This document shows positions 1-9,628 of a stretch of DNA of 64,000 nucleotides, one piece after another. Within the stretch, counting starts at the first letter, position 1. Every line of letters begins with the position of its first letter. The DNA is from an uncultured delta proteobacterium (GTDB taxonomy: Bacteria; Desulfobacterota; Binatia; UBA9968), in the NCBI GenBank assembly GCA_963816145.1, contig CAWFJP010000030.1, positions 160,001-224,000 of the forward strand, read 5' to 3'. Under the pieces are notes generated by a model. The model saw nothing but the letters and a program-made list of their open reading frames with translations. It did not search any database and was not told where the DNA came from. A program made the position numbers and the translations under genes.

Positions 1-775
1 TAGGCTGCAGAAGTGTTACATTTGGTAACAATGCACAAGCAGACCGATCGGCGGCATTTGTCGCCCAAGTGGGTACAGCGGCAAACATTACCTCTCGGAA
101 TCTTCGTGCAAGCTCTAAAAAAATAGGCAGACCTTTAATATTGGAGGGATTGATCATGGTTACGTAGAGATTATCCCATGACCCCAGCGGTGGAAAGGGT
201 GGCAATCCATAGACCGGCACGCACGCGACAAAGGAATCTAAGCCGCCCCATTTCTCGATATAACTTTTCAGGTATTTGCTGCTGGTTAGAATACCTGCAA
301 CATCTTCTAGCATTTGCTTTTTGAATCGGTCGACCGTAAAGGCTTCCGGCCCGAACGGTAAAGTCGCCTGACTCTGGGATAAAAATAACGTACGTCGCGG
401 ATCGATTTCAGTAGCTGCAGCGAGCAGCATATAAGTAGGATCTTCGGAGATGATAATCCAAGTCGGATCAAACTCCTGTATCTGGGCTTTCAAGTGCTCA
501 TGAAGCCGTGCTCCATTGGCTAAAGCGTAAACTTTTACTCCATTACGGAAAAACACCTGACGGGATGGCGAGAGTTCCAGGATACTCACAGCAGATCTAT
601 CGTGTCGATTGAGACGTGCAAACGGTTTCAACTCTTCGGCGGGCGTCCCCACTAGAGCGATTGCTCTACATTCATGGCCTCTTTCCGCCAATCCCTCTAA
701 TAAACACCGACCCACTCGGCTGGCACCATTCAATACTGGCAGGTAGGGTAATTTTTGCGCAAATAGTATTTTCAC
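1..775 (-). CDS. GT4-like glycosyltransferase, 5' part (runs off window start)
   Basis: Not in ORF track; manual translation from GTG at 775 gives MKILFAQKLPYLPVLNGA...GHEC...TMINPSNIKGLPIFLELARRF..FAAVPTWAT, and the same frame is open at the window edge; GT-B/GT4-like N-terminus, directly after the FkbH gene. Confidence 0.8.
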   Translation of the reverse strand, partial: MKILFAQKLPYLPVLNGASRVGRCLLEGLAERGHECRAIALVGTPAEELKPFARLNRHDRSAVSILELSPSRQVFFRNGVKVYALANGARLHEHLKAQIQEFDPTWIIISEDPTYMLLAAATEIDPRRTLFLSQSQATLPFGPEAFTVDRFKKQMLEDVAGILTSSKYLKSYIEKWGGLDSFVACVPVYGLPPFPPLGSWDNLYVTMINPSNIKGLPIFLELARRFREVMFAAVPTWATNAADRSACALLPNVTLLQP

Positions 776-813
776 TTCGGCCCTGATGAAATGTTCGACG
801 TTACCACGCTTCT

Positions 814-3015
814 CTATTTTTTGCCGCTTATGCTGGTAAGGTCTTTTAATTCGTCCATCGACAAGGCATCCAGCTTATCCAAAATGGCGCCGATTTCCGC
901 AGGATCAGATTGTCGGAACTGCTCCATAAGTATTGCCTTCGACAGAACCGCCACCGTAAATTCCTGAGTCACGAGCAACCGCGGTGAGAGTTCGACGTCA
1001 AAACTTGCTCGTATACGAGACAACACCTGCATCGCCAAGAGAGAATGCCCTCCCAAGTCAAAAAAATTGTCGTTTATGCCGATTTCCTCAAAACCGAGAA
1101 GCTCGGACCAGATGTTGGCAATTTCTTTTTCGACCGGGGAAGTGGGCGCGACGAATGGCACTGTGAGCTCAGGGCGCGCTCCGCCAAAAGATGAGACGGC
1201 CTCATGGATCGTATTCGGATCATTCAATGTCATGGCGATATGGATCAAGACGTCGTCCCCACCCTGGGGCCTGAATCGCGATCTCGAATCTTGTGGGATC
1301 ACCGGCGCTGATGAAACCCCGTCTGACCCTTCATCGTTTTGGCGTGTCACTTTATCCGGATCCATTTTATAATCGGCCGCCATACTGGCGGTAACTTGAT
1401 ATCGCCAACCACCCTCGCAGACTTCTTTTTTTGCGCTTACTAGGGACTCAAGAAAGTTAGCGGCCGGTTTGTTTTTGGACGTCGGCATGAACCGAAGCTC
1501 CACAGAATCCGCGTCCTTTTCTATGGCTATCGTTCCTAACCTTGCCAACATTTGGTGTTCGACTCCGCGCCCCATCGCGCGGCAGCTGAGCAAGAATGTA
1601 TCTACAATTACCGAGCGTGACAAAACCTGATAAATAATCACGCCGACGAGGCCATAGTCACCAAATCGATCACCAACGTGGACAATCAGAATTTCCTTGC
1701 CTTCCTGCTGCAAGTGTTGCAATTCTGATTCAGACCGCCGAATGGTAGAAACGTTAAATTGGTTCGTCCGGTAAGTGAGGTCGGCGACTCTTGCCAACGA
1801 ATGAGCAGTGGCGGGCGAAATGTCGATTTGTAGTTGGAGCTCTGCGAGAAATTCCCCGAAAGTGAGTGATCGTTGTCGGACCGAGTCGCGCTGAAAATGT
1901 TCTCGATAGAGTTCCGTTCGACGCTTATCTTCAGTGGTTACTTTGCCATGATCAAAAACCCACAGATGATCGAGAAACTGCGGGGTACATTCCGGATCCG
2001 GCGGCAGCTGAATCGCCAAAACGTCAGCGCAGTTCGCTCTTACCTCGCCGCATTCAACCGGGTCATCGTCGATAAGAATAAAGGCATCGAGTCCCAGATT
2101 CAATTCCTTTGCCAACGATCTTAGATTTTCGGACTTAGGCCTCCAGTTGATCCGCGAAGCAAGGAAATGATCCCGCTGCACGAGCATTCCAGGATGGGCG
2201 TCAAATACTGCCTGGACATCTTCCTCATTATTCTTGCTGCAAAGACAGAGAACTATGCCCGCGTCGTGCTGCCGTAGGACGAATTCCTGTAGAGCTTTCC
2301 TCGTCGAATCAATTTGGACGGCCGTCGGCCCATCTTCTCCGCACGCCCCGCCCCATAGAGTATTGTCACAATCGAGGGCGATGACTTTGTGAGGAAGCTT
2401 TTTCAATGCGTAAATCTTCCGCGCGATCATAGTGGCTAGAGCCGTAAAGTACACTGGTGTGTAAGGCACGTGAGCGAGCTTGTCCGTATAATCGTCGCGA
2501 CAGTCTGGAACGGGATAAAGCTTTGCCATATCTTCGTGATGCAGGACGTGTACACCGGCGATCTCTCCAGCCTCCGAGACCAGGTAGTGTTCCATCTTAG
2601 TGATGAAAGCATTTGCCTCCGAATCGGCAGCGCGATGCTGGGATGGAGGGCATAAACACACAAGAAATGTCGTGGGCACTTTCCCTACGGCAGCCCGGAG
2701 ACACTGAAGAAAATCACCGACGTTTCGCTCTATCTCCGATTCAAACGAACCCGGCGCGTCGGTCGCGGGTGCGCCCCCCCAGTCTTCAAGCCGAACCAGA
2801 GTGACGTCTATATCGTTATTGCTGCTAGATAACGAGCCAGGGTAGGTCAGGAGATGTTGGAACAGCTGCCCATACGGCGCAAACTGAATCCGGACAGGTT
2901 GACGTAATTCTTCCATCCAGAAGCGCAGCGGCACTTCGACCGAATCAGCGGTAAACGATGCCGCAATAGTAAGTGAAATTTGTTCGTCGGTCGAACCCAA
3001 AGCGTTTGCGTCCAT
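814..3015 (-). CDS. FkbH-like HAD-IIIC phosphatase/glyceryl transferase fused to C-terminal carrier (PCP/ACP) domain
   Basis: LDCDNTLWGG (HAD DxD), CSKNN, RINWRPKS, IDDDPVE, RTNQFN, DRFGDYG, LLSCRAMGRG, and the phosphopantetheine site FFDLGGHSLLA. Confidence 0.92.
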   Translation of the reverse strand: MDANALGSTDEQISLTIAASFTADSVEVPLRFWMEELRQPVRIQFAPYGQLFQHLLTYPGSLSSSNNDIDVTLVRLEDWGGAPATDAPGSFESEIERNVGDFLQCLRAAVGKVPTTFLVCLCPPSQHRAADSEANAFITKMEHYLVSEAGEIAGVHVLHHEDMAKLYPVPDCRDDYTDKLAHVPYTPVYFTALATMIARKIYALKKLPHKVIALDCDNTLWGGACGEDGPTAVQIDSTRKALQEFVLRQHDAGIVLCLCSKNNEEDVQAVFDAHPGMLVQRDHFLASRINWRPKSENLRSLAKELNLGLDAFILIDDDPVECGEVRANCADVLAIQLPPDPECTPQFLDHLWVFDHGKVTTEDKRRTELYREHFQRDSVRQRSLTFGEFLAELQLQIDISPATAHSLARVADLTYRTNQFNVSTIRRSESELQHLQQEGKEILIVHVGDRFGDYGLVGVIIYQVLSRSVIVDTFLLSCRAMGRGVEHQMLARLGTIAIEKDADSVELRFMPTSKNKPAANFLESLVSAKKEVCEGGWRYQVTASMAADYKMDPDKVTRQNDEGSDGVSSAPVIPQDSRSRFRPQGGDDVLIHIAMTLNDPNTIHEAVSSFGGARPELTVPFVAPTSPVEKEIANIWSELLGFEEIGINDNFFDLGGHSLLAMQVLSRIRASFDVELSPRLLVTQEFTVAVLSKAILMEQFRQSDPAEIGAILDKLDALSMDELKDLTSISGKK

Positions 3016-3052
3016 TACCTAATACCTCAAATCCGTTTTCGCAAATCTACAA

Positions 3053-3802
3053 TTAGTCTTTGCGTCTGTTCGGTATCTCGTTGAGCCGCTTGGCTAATAT
3101 GTCCATCAGGCGTTTATAGGAAAGAGGCGGCGCCAAAAAGGAAAAGTCCCGGCTACCGATAGATTCAAACCGAGGCTGCTCGCTAGCGATAGCCGTTTTC
3201 TCAAATTCCGATTTCCATACTTCAGCAAGTTCGGGAAAGCCCAATTTCTGTGCGATATTGCATAAGATGTTTTCGCCCGAATTAAAATAGCCAGCTTGGT
3301 CGCGTTTCTTCACGCCGCAGAAGAGAATGCCCAGATCCAAATAATCTTCCAGTTCGTTCGCCAGACGAATTAAAACAACGTCTCTCTCAAACTGGCTCAG
3401 AGAATCCAACTGAACGCAGATGCTCTGTGCAACCTGCTGGTTCCACCTTAACTCGTTGTACCTTGCGACATACTCTTCCACTTCCGGGCCTACGGCGGCT
3501 CTTACATAGTCTTGTTTTGCAGACGAGAGACCTTGTTTGTTGTCGCCAAAATCACCGCTATCGTACGCGGCATGAAGGAGTCCGGCGGCTATTATGCGTG
3601 GCGCTGAACGAACACTCGTCAGGATACTCGCCGTGCCAACCAAGTGGGCAATGAAGGTTTTCCCGGACCCTCTGAAGCGTCCGGTGAAAAGGGTCATTGC
3701 GAGCTCGTAAGACTTTTTGACAGCAGCTATTTCCTGTTCATCGTACCCGAGGTCATACATCTGATTGAACAGCTGAATATTCGTTTGTGCAAAGCGATAC
3801 AA
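3053..3802 (-). CDS. HD-fold (RelA/Mesh1-hydrolase-like) protein with degenerate HD motif
   Basis: RGSGKTFIAHLVGTASIL...AAGLLHAAY...IRLANELED pattern; start moved to TTG at 3802 after GAAGGG RBS (the track start at 3940 overlaps the upstream gene). Confidence 0.65.
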   Translation of the reverse strand: MYRFAQTNIQLFNQMYDLGYDEQEIAAVKKSYELAMTLFTGRFRGSGKTFIAHLVGTASILTSVRSAPRIIAAGLLHAAYDSGDFGDNKQGLSSAKQDYVRAAVGPEVEEYVARYNELRWNQQVAQSICVQLDSLSQFERDVVLIRLANELEDYLDLGILFCGVKKRDQAGYFNSGENILCNIAQKLGFPELAEVWKSEFEKTAIASEQPRFESIGSRDFSFLAPPLSYKRLMDILAKRLNEIPNRRKD

Positions 3803-3813
3803 TTTGTTTCCCT

Positions 3814-5298
3814 TCAAAGTGTATGTGCCGATGTTAAATACGGGACGACTCCACTGCGTTCCAACTGAGGCACACTGACGACCTTGCCGGTCACGGCCTC
3901 GACCAGTTTCACCGGCGTACTGCCAAGATTCACGTCGCATAAATCACCGGCGACATAGGCGCTTCCTGCCAAAGGTGCAGAAATCGCGGTTGGCGCCGGT
4001 TGTACCACCTTCCGCAGCGCCGCTGCACTGCGCCAGTTTCCGGTATCGACTGCCAGCCAACATTGATATTGCTGCGGCGATGGCTCAAGAGTCAGGAACG
4101 CGAACGGTCTTATTTTGCGCAGCGGCTCGGCTTCTCTGGTTTCTACACAAACCAGGGTTGGATCGTTGGCTCGGCCTCGCGAGAGAGGGCGGATAACAAC
4201 GCCGGATCGACCCTCACTGGCTTGACGTAGGAGCTGAGGAAGTTTTCCAAAGGTTTCCTGTGCGTCCAAATTCGGCCAAGCCTCGATGGTATCGCTTTTG
4301 TTCTTGACGATGCTGAGATCGAAGCGGTCTCGATCGACCGATAAGAACATCGCCACCATGAGCTCGGCTTGCTCACGAGGCAGCTCGGGTTGATAGCCTG
4401 GCTTGCCATTGGGTACCGTTAGCCCTGTCAGAAACCGACGATGACCGCGGGCAAATTTGATGATCGTTTCCTCGCTCTCGGGCACCGCCTTTTCACTAAA
4501 CCAACGCAACGCGGACACACCCCATTTTGCATTGAAGTGGCGCACCGTTGCTAAGTTCCAGGCCTCGCTCCAACGCAACATAAAGTAGGGAACATCGAAC
4601 CATTCATAAGGAGGCGGTGGCACATAACTAGTAACTGCGCGCGGCTCAATATAAACCGATCCTCCTGCCTCACGCACAGCCATGCCAATGTCGATATGTT
4701 CATGCAGGCTTAAAAGTTTTTCGTCCAGCGGACCGAGACGTTGAAGAATCTCAGTACGTATAAGCATGCAATGGAATTCTGCATAATCCCAAGCGCGTCG
4801 CTGCAGACGATCCTGAACTTGGTCGAGCTTCGTTTCGAAAAGATATTGTTCGTCATACAGAATTCGCTTGCCTTCATGTTCCTTGACGTGCAGAGTGCCG
4901 CCAGCCATGTGAATGGTCTGTTTTTCCAGCTCTCCAATGAGGTAGAGAGGTCCGACGATCCAGGCATCGGTGTCGTTTGCACATCGGACAAGAGCCGCCA
5001 ACCAGCCGGGCCTCACCAGCGCGTCATTATCGATGAATACCGTGTATTTGGTCTTCACTTCGCGCCAGCCAAGGTTGCGAGCTTGGTTGGGAGACAGATA
5101 TCGATCCAGCGAAATTACCCGGAAGCCTTTTCGCTGCGATTCCTCCTTAAGGAATGTTCGCAAGGGCCCCGGGCTGCCTGCGTCGATGTATATTAAGTCG
5201 AACGGAAAGTCTGTGTTTTCATAAATATTGATCAAAGATTGTTGGGCGAAGCTAAATCGTTCGCGAGGAACCACCACGATGGTGACCTGGGATTCCAT
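3814..5298 (-). CDS. GT2 family glycosyltransferase with C-terminal extension resembling a RepB-type primase domain
   Basis: N-terminal VTIVVVPRERF..LIYIDAGS..ARNLG..VFIDND (DxD)..HEHID; the ~180 aa extra C-terminus is described in findings. Confidence 0.85.
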   Translation of the reverse strand: MESQVTIVVVPRERFSFAQQSLINIYENTDFPFDLIYIDAGSPGPLRTFLKEESQRKGFRVISLDRYLSPNQARNLGWREVKTKYTVFIDNDALVRPGWLAALVRCANDTDAWIVGPLYLIGELEKQTIHMAGGTLHVKEHEGKRILYDEQYLFETKLDQVQDRLQRRAWDYAEFHCMLIRTEILQRLGPLDEKLLSLHEHIDIGMAVREAGGSVYIEPRAVTSYVPPPPYEWFDVPYFMLRWSEAWNLATVRHFNAKWGVSALRWFSEKAVPESEETIIKFARGHRRFLTGLTVPNGKPGYQPELPREQAELMVAMFLSVDRDRFDLSIVKNKSDTIEAWPNLDAQETFGKLPQLLRQASEGRSGVVIRPLSRGRANDPTLVCVETREAEPLRKIRPFAFLTLEPSPQQYQCWLAVDTGNWRSAAALRKVVQPAPTAISAPLAGSAYVAGDLCDVNLGSTPVKLVEAVTGKVVSVPQLERSGVVPYLTSAHTL

Positions 5299-6824
5299 GT
5301 TGAAGACTCCTACTGATCTAAACGAGAAATACCGCCGAGGTTACTTTGACAATTTTCCATGACGACAGTTCCGTCTCGCCAAAACGAACATAGGATTGTG
5401 GTGTTGTACGCTGATTTAGTACACGATTTGACACATGCCATTTTTATGCTTTTTAGATCCGTGAGCAAGGAGAAAGAGCTTCGAATAAAGTACATCACCC
5501 CGATGTAAGACTGCAAACTACGTTGACTCTAAAGTGCTAGGTGAGAAAGGACTACGGCTCACTGCTCAAAGCGAGCGTTAACTCTAGGAATCTAGGTCCG
5601 TAACGCAGAATTACATGGAAATGGAGGACGATTCATGGCGTACTCGTAGGGATAAATCTTAGCGCCGAATCATACGGAGAACGGCCTGAACAGCCAATCG
5701 GAACGCCTTAGAGAGTGAATAGAAGCAAGTTGCCGGACTTTTGTCCGCGTAATAATGACAAGCCCCAAAAACTACCGATGAAAGCGTCACTCAGGGCTTG
5801 GTTTCGTTGGGCTTGAGGGTCGCGCTTAAGTTCTAAGACGATTCACCCACGATCGATTTTAGAATGGCCTTCAAGAGGTCCTCTAGTTTCCACTCCGTGC
5901 TGCCAGTTTGCCGCAACTTTACCGAAACTAATTGCTGGTATGTGTTTTCGAACGGAAATTGAGTGAGCGTGATGTAACTGTAGGCGCTTGAATTCCTTGA
6001 GTTGACTACCATAGGTTGCACACAGCCCGGCTACCACTCCGGAACTGAAAATCCTCATGTCGCTGATCGATCATGCGCAATGGCGATTGTGTCTTTTATG
6101 TTTCCAGTGTGATTCCAGATGAAGTTAACGGAACCAGAGAAACGGTTCCATCCTCATGCTTATTTACCTCGTTTTTGTCGGTTTTTTCTAGTCGAGTTAT
6201 GTTCTGGAGTTGGCTAGTGTTTTTCGTAATCAGTGGATCGCCGGTTCACCTTCGGCGCATCGCTCCAGATTTTATCGATGATTTGGAATCCCGTCCGATG
6301 AGATGATTTGGCTTTGCGGGCGCATTGTCCGTGTTCAGCCCGCTTTCGCGCACTCAGCGGACCGATCGGGACGAAGACTTCAACTGCAAAAGACTTGCAG
6401 GATATTCTGAACAGGTTACGCGGGACGCCTTACAACTTTCGAAAGCACAACGGAAGCGTTCGCAAGTCCAGCGGCCAACGCAAGATATCCGAGCTCGGCA
6501 TATCCTCCCGACACCGACCGACTGGAGTGATTGCATACGAATTAGCGAGCTCTTGGGAGTGAGACACCATGCTATCAGCGAGCCGAGGGGGAATAGGCTT
6601 AGCGAGGCAAGTATTTTATTCTGGCCGGAGCAAGCGAGCATGGTGAATCGAGACTAGCCCCTTCCCCCCTTTGTCAACAACGGATGCGCACATTGCGCGA
6701 TGTCGGGTTTTTGACAGTTAGTTTGTTGAAAACACCGAAAGCATGTACAAACTGGATAAACGTGAATGCAGTAAAATTGCAGAGTTAGAACCATCGTGAT
6801 TGATGCTTAAAGGGTAACGCAGAA

Positions 6825-6868
6825 CTCTCCCGTCGGGAACACGGGGTCGAGTCCCGTTCGGACCATCA
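6825..6868 (+). other. Degenerate tRNA 3' fragment (tRNA-Glu-like), possible att remnant
   Basis: ctctcccgtcgggaac-acggg-gtcgagt-cccgt-tcggaccatca: T-arm stem ACGGG/CCCGT with near-TTCGAGT loop and acceptor-like 3' strand; no 5' half. Confidence 0.5.
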
Positions 6869-6998
6869 AGTTTGCTTCCCTTGCCTAAAACGATGCAACA
6901 GCGGCCACACGATCGCGCATCTCAGCTCGGGGCTGTTCCGATGAAGCGCCGGTTGCGCGAATGCAATCTCGACGAAGCGCGGCAAGAAGAAGAACTTC

Positions 6999-8228
6999 AT
7001 GCTTCTAAACACTACCTTCCGCGCCTTTCGCCACCGCGACTACTTGATCTACTGGCTCGGTCTATTTCTTGGCCATACCGGCACATTGGTGCAGACCACC
7101 GCGCAGACCTGGCTGATCTTTCAACTGACCCATTCGCCATTTTATCTAGGCCTAGAGGGACTCTGCCTGGGTTTACCGCGGGTGCTGTTTTCCGCCTTCG
7201 GCGGCGCCGTGGTCGATCGCACGGACCTAAAAACCATTTTTGTCCTGACCCAAATTTCTTTCGTCGCGATGGCGCTGTTTCTCGGCGTGATGCGTCATCT
7301 CGGGCTCATTCAGGTATGGCATCTCCTGCTGGTCTCCGCCCTCACCGGCTTTCTGGTTTCGTTCGAGCAACCGGTGCGCCAGTCGATCCTACATCATCTT
7401 GTGCCACGCGAAGATCTGCCCAACGCCGTCACGCTCTATCAAATGGTTTTCAATGGCTCGATGCTGTTCGGACCTTCGATCGGAGGTTTGCTGATTCCAG
7501 TGATCGATACCAAGGGCTGTTTCTTCCTAGCCACCATCGGCAATCTGCTCGTGTTAGTCACGATATTTCTCATCCGCATACCCGCCACGGAACCGTCGGC
7601 GGCCAAAACCAGTATTACGCGCGACATGATCGAAGGTCTTAAGCTCGCGTGGAAAACCCCGATGTTTCTGGCGCTTCTAACAGTCCTCGCCGTCGTCAGC
7701 TTTTGCACCAAACCCTATACTCAGTTCATGCCGGTGTTCGCGCAGACAATTCTCAACGTCGGCGCCCCCGGTCTCGGCATGTTGCTCATGGCGCCGGGCG
7801 CCGGCGCGATCTTGGGCGGGCTGACCCTCGCCTCGGTGCGCCGTTTTCCTAAACCGCCGCGTTTGCTGTTTGGCCTAGCTGCCGGATTCGGCATCTGCAT
7901 CGTTCTATTCGCCACCTCGCGCAGCTTTCTCTTGTCGCTGGTATTCTTGTTCTTCGCCGGTAGCTTTCAGACCACATTCCTATCGTCGGTCGCCACGCTG
8001 CTACAATTCCACACCAACGAGCACAACCGCGGTCGTATCATGTCGATGTTTGGTCTGATCAATCGCGGCCTCGGCCCAATGGGCAGCTTTCCCTTCGGAC
8101 TGATCGCGACCTGGATTGGCGCCCCTTGGACTGTGGCGATCTGCGGCGCGCTCACCATCAGCCTGGTCGGCTATGTGGTTAATTACCGTGCAAGTTTACG
8201 TGACGCCAAAGCGGTCGGTGAGAATTAA
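6999..8228 (+). CDS. MFS transporter (DHA3/MFS_3-like efflux family)
   Basis: FRAFRHRDY start, GGAVVDR, FEQPVRQS, NRGRIMS motifs; about 12 hydrophobic segments. Confidence 0.9.
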   Translation: MLLNTTFRAFRHRDYLIYWLGLFLGHTGTLVQTTAQTWLIFQLTHSPFYLGLEGLCLGLPRVLFSAFGGAVVDRTDLKTIFVLTQISFVAMALFLGVMRHLGLIQVWHLLLVSALTGFLVSFEQPVRQSILHHLVPREDLPNAVTLYQMVFNGSMLFGPSIGGLLIPVIDTKGCFFLATIGNLLVLVTIFLIRIPATEPSAAKTSITRDMIEGLKLAWKTPMFLALLTVLAVVSFCTKPYTQFMPVFAQTILNVGAPGLGMLLMAPGAGAILGGLTLASVRRFPKPPRLLFGLAAGFGICIVLFATSRSFLLSLVFLFFAGSFQTTFLSSVATLLQFHTNEHNRGRIMSMFGLINRGLGPMGSFPFGLIATWIGAPWTVAICGALTISLVGYVVNYRASLRDAKAVGEN

Positions 8229-8469
8229 CTATTGCTGGGAATCATCCCAAGCGATAGCCATCCATGCCGAAACAGCAAATCTGCCAGGGCGAACGAATGT
8301 TATGCTTCAGCGATAGCCAAAGGATCTCGACTTTGTACGCAGCAGAAAAGACGATTTTGTTCGTTGACGATCAAAATGACACTTTGGCAAGTTTCGCGAC
8401 TGCCGCACGGACTCAAAGCAAGGCGAGTCTCTCTTAAAACTACTGATTTAGAGTGGCACCGAAGTCGGC

Positions 8470-9021
8470 CTAAATTTTTCCCTGTGACCTCAGGTGTTCG
8501 ATGCGCTGGCGCACGATCTCACCGAGATCATTTGTCTCCAGCGCATCCGGGACTTGAATTCCTTCGGCGCCCAACTGGGTGAGCTTCTGATTGAGCGCGT
8601 CGAGGCTCGCGCGGATGCGCGCATGCTCTTGCAGATATTGCCGGCATGCGAGGATGTTGTCGTCGACCTCTTCGATGCACTTGCTCAAACGACGGCTTTC
8701 CTGGCTGAAAGTTTGGCGCAGATGATCGACGTTAGCTTGGATAATCTGCTCCTCGACGGGGCGGATCTGCTTGGCGATCTCGCTCTTCATGTCTTGCAAG
8801 GCTTGGAGCAAGCGTTCGTATGATTGTTCTTCCCTCATGAGATCCTCCGGCATCTGGATTTTGACTTCTCTCGTCGCGATGTAGTGCTGCGCCAGTGATT
8901 CCGACACCCGCCGTTTAACCAACACCAACGCCGCCTGGGTTTCATGAATGCGCTCGTCCACCAGGGCTTCGTCGCCGATGAGTTTAACCAACTGTTCCAA
9001 GGGTGCGGTGGCAAGTGTCAT
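8470..9021 (-). CDS. Hypothetical coiled-coil protein
   Basis: Long helical heptad-rich ORF with typical codon usage; start taken at ATG 9021 (MTLATAPLEQL), alternative 9075. Confidence 0.65.
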   Translation of the reverse strand: MTLATAPLEQLVKLIGDEALVDERIHETQAALVLVKRRVSESLAQHYIATREVKIQMPEDLMREEQSYERLLQALQDMKSEIAKQIRPVEEQIIQANVDHLRQTFSQESRRLSKCIEEVDDNILACRQYLQEHARIRASLDALNQKLTQLGAEGIQVPDALETNDLGEIVRQRIEHLRSQGKI

Positions 9022-9259
9022 GGTTCGATTGGGTTTAACGGACAGTGTTACAGTCCGCCCCAGCTCAAGAGCCATGTATTATCCAGTCGCAGGTGAAACT
9101 GCAAGCATCACCAAATCTAAGGTAAGAATACGAAATACTTGATATTTTAAGAGGTAAAAATCAAAGATAAAGTCGACCTTAACGCACCATCTCGGGTCTC
9201 GTTGGCGCGCATTGACAACGAATGTAAGACGGTCTGGTGCGAGCGCTGGCGCGGCTCGA

Positions 9260-9595
9260 TTAACGTTTGTTTTCAGTAAGCTGGCGCTTCCAGCCGAGGG
9301 TACGCGCCTTCGCGCCGACTTCTTCGGCTTCGGCGATCAGACCCTTCTGTTGATAGAAGATTGACAGGCTCGTATAAGCCAGTTCATCGTCCGGCGCCGC
9401 CGCGATCAAACGTTTCGCGATGTCGATGGCTTGATCAAGTTTTTCTTGGTGCGAATAAGTCATCGCCAGGGCATGCAAAGCGTCGGCGTAATTGGGATCT
9501 TCATCGAGGGCGCGCAAATAAGCGGCAACGGCATCGTCCAAGTGATCCTGGGCGAAATACTCCATCCCCTGATTGTAAAAATCTTCTTTGTTCAC
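9260..9595 (-). CDS. Small TPR-repeat protein
   Basis: YNQGMEYF..AVAAYLRALDEDPNYADALHALA..AYTSLS TPR consensus. Confidence 0.85.
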   Translation of the reverse strand: MNKEDFYNQGMEYFAQDHLDDAVAAYLRALDEDPNYADALHALAMTYSHQEKLDQAIDIAKRLIAAAPDDELAYTSLSIFYQQKGLIAEAEEVGAKARTLGWKRQLTENKR

Positions 9596-9628
9596 TGGGG
9601 CAGTTAGTTGGGCGATTTTGCGCCGAAA

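Noticed and set aside
5310-6800. Short ORFs or a structured RNA in the AT-rich gap
   Set aside because: No recognisable motif, RBS-supported ORF or convincing fold
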